Part shown: piece by piece, positions 63,768-64,000 of the stretch | Numbering within the stretch: position 1 is the first letter of the stretch | Layout: each line of letters begins with the position of its first letter | Source: an uncultured virus (IMG/VR IMGVR_UViG_3300046463_000302) | Taxonomy: Duplodnaviria; Heunggongvirae; Uroviricota; Caudoviricetes | Virus record (IMG/VR): IMGVR_UViG_3300046463_000302 | DNA: 64,000 bases | Strand: one strand, 5' to 3' | Translations under genes and position numbers: made by a program | The notes under the pieces: model-generated | Told to the model about the DNA's origin: nothing | What the model saw: the letters and a program-made list of their open reading frames with translations, nothing else | Database searches by the model: none

Positions 63768-64000
63768 ATGAAGCGAAGCATCAAGAGCCAAGCAGTCACG
63801 AACCTGAACGCCGCCGCGCGCAACGTGGACCTGCGCAACGTCAGCCTGATCGCTATGGAGCCGATCACGCTGAAGCCGGGCGCGCTGCGCCGCGTGGCGG
63901 GCGTACTGGCGCGCGTGAGCAACGGCGCATCGTCGCGCGTGTCGTCGTTCATCGTGCGTACCGGCGAGGCGGCATTCAGCGGGCCGGGCGTGGCGCTGTT
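63768..64000 (+). CDS. hypothetical protein (truncated by window edge)
   Basis: AAGGAG RBS, open to end of window. Confidence 0.55.
   Translation, partial: MKRSIKSQAVTNLNAAARNVDLRNVSLIAMEPITLKPGALRRVAGVLARVSNGASSRVSSFIVRTGEAAFSGPGVAL

Overview
The window is entirely bacteriophage DNA from a GC-rich host, probably Burkholderiaceae (inferred from gene content only), and it looks like two phage genomes joined together. (A) About 1-8.2 kb is a lambdoid immunity switch (cro/cI with four AGAC-N6-GTCT operators) and its early operon: RecE-like nuclease, RecT, DNA methyltransferase, Lar-like and DUF4031 genes. (B) About 8.3-64 kb is a nearly complete Bcep22/BcepIL02-like podovirus. It encodes TerL, portal, scaffold, a CsrA-like protein, an N4-gp56-type capsid, tail and ejection proteins, a 4322-aa DarB-like polyvalent protein and a lysis cassette. 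It also has a plasmid-type Rep/ori/ParA/ParG module where an integrase would be expected, a second RecT/exonuclease/repressor set, lytic replication genes and TerS. The most notable observations are: (1) probable genes overprinted in the +1 frame inside the giant protein; (2) an FtsK-gamma-like domain in that protein; (3) a DDxxD prenyltransferase-like gene and a PP-loop enzyme gene flanking an MCC-starting ejection protein; (4) a phage-plasmid origin of five palindromic boxes between DnaA boxes; and (5) two dispersed motif families confined to part B. No integrase, tRNA, rRNA or CRISPR array was recognised. All family assignments were made by eye from motifs, not from database searches.
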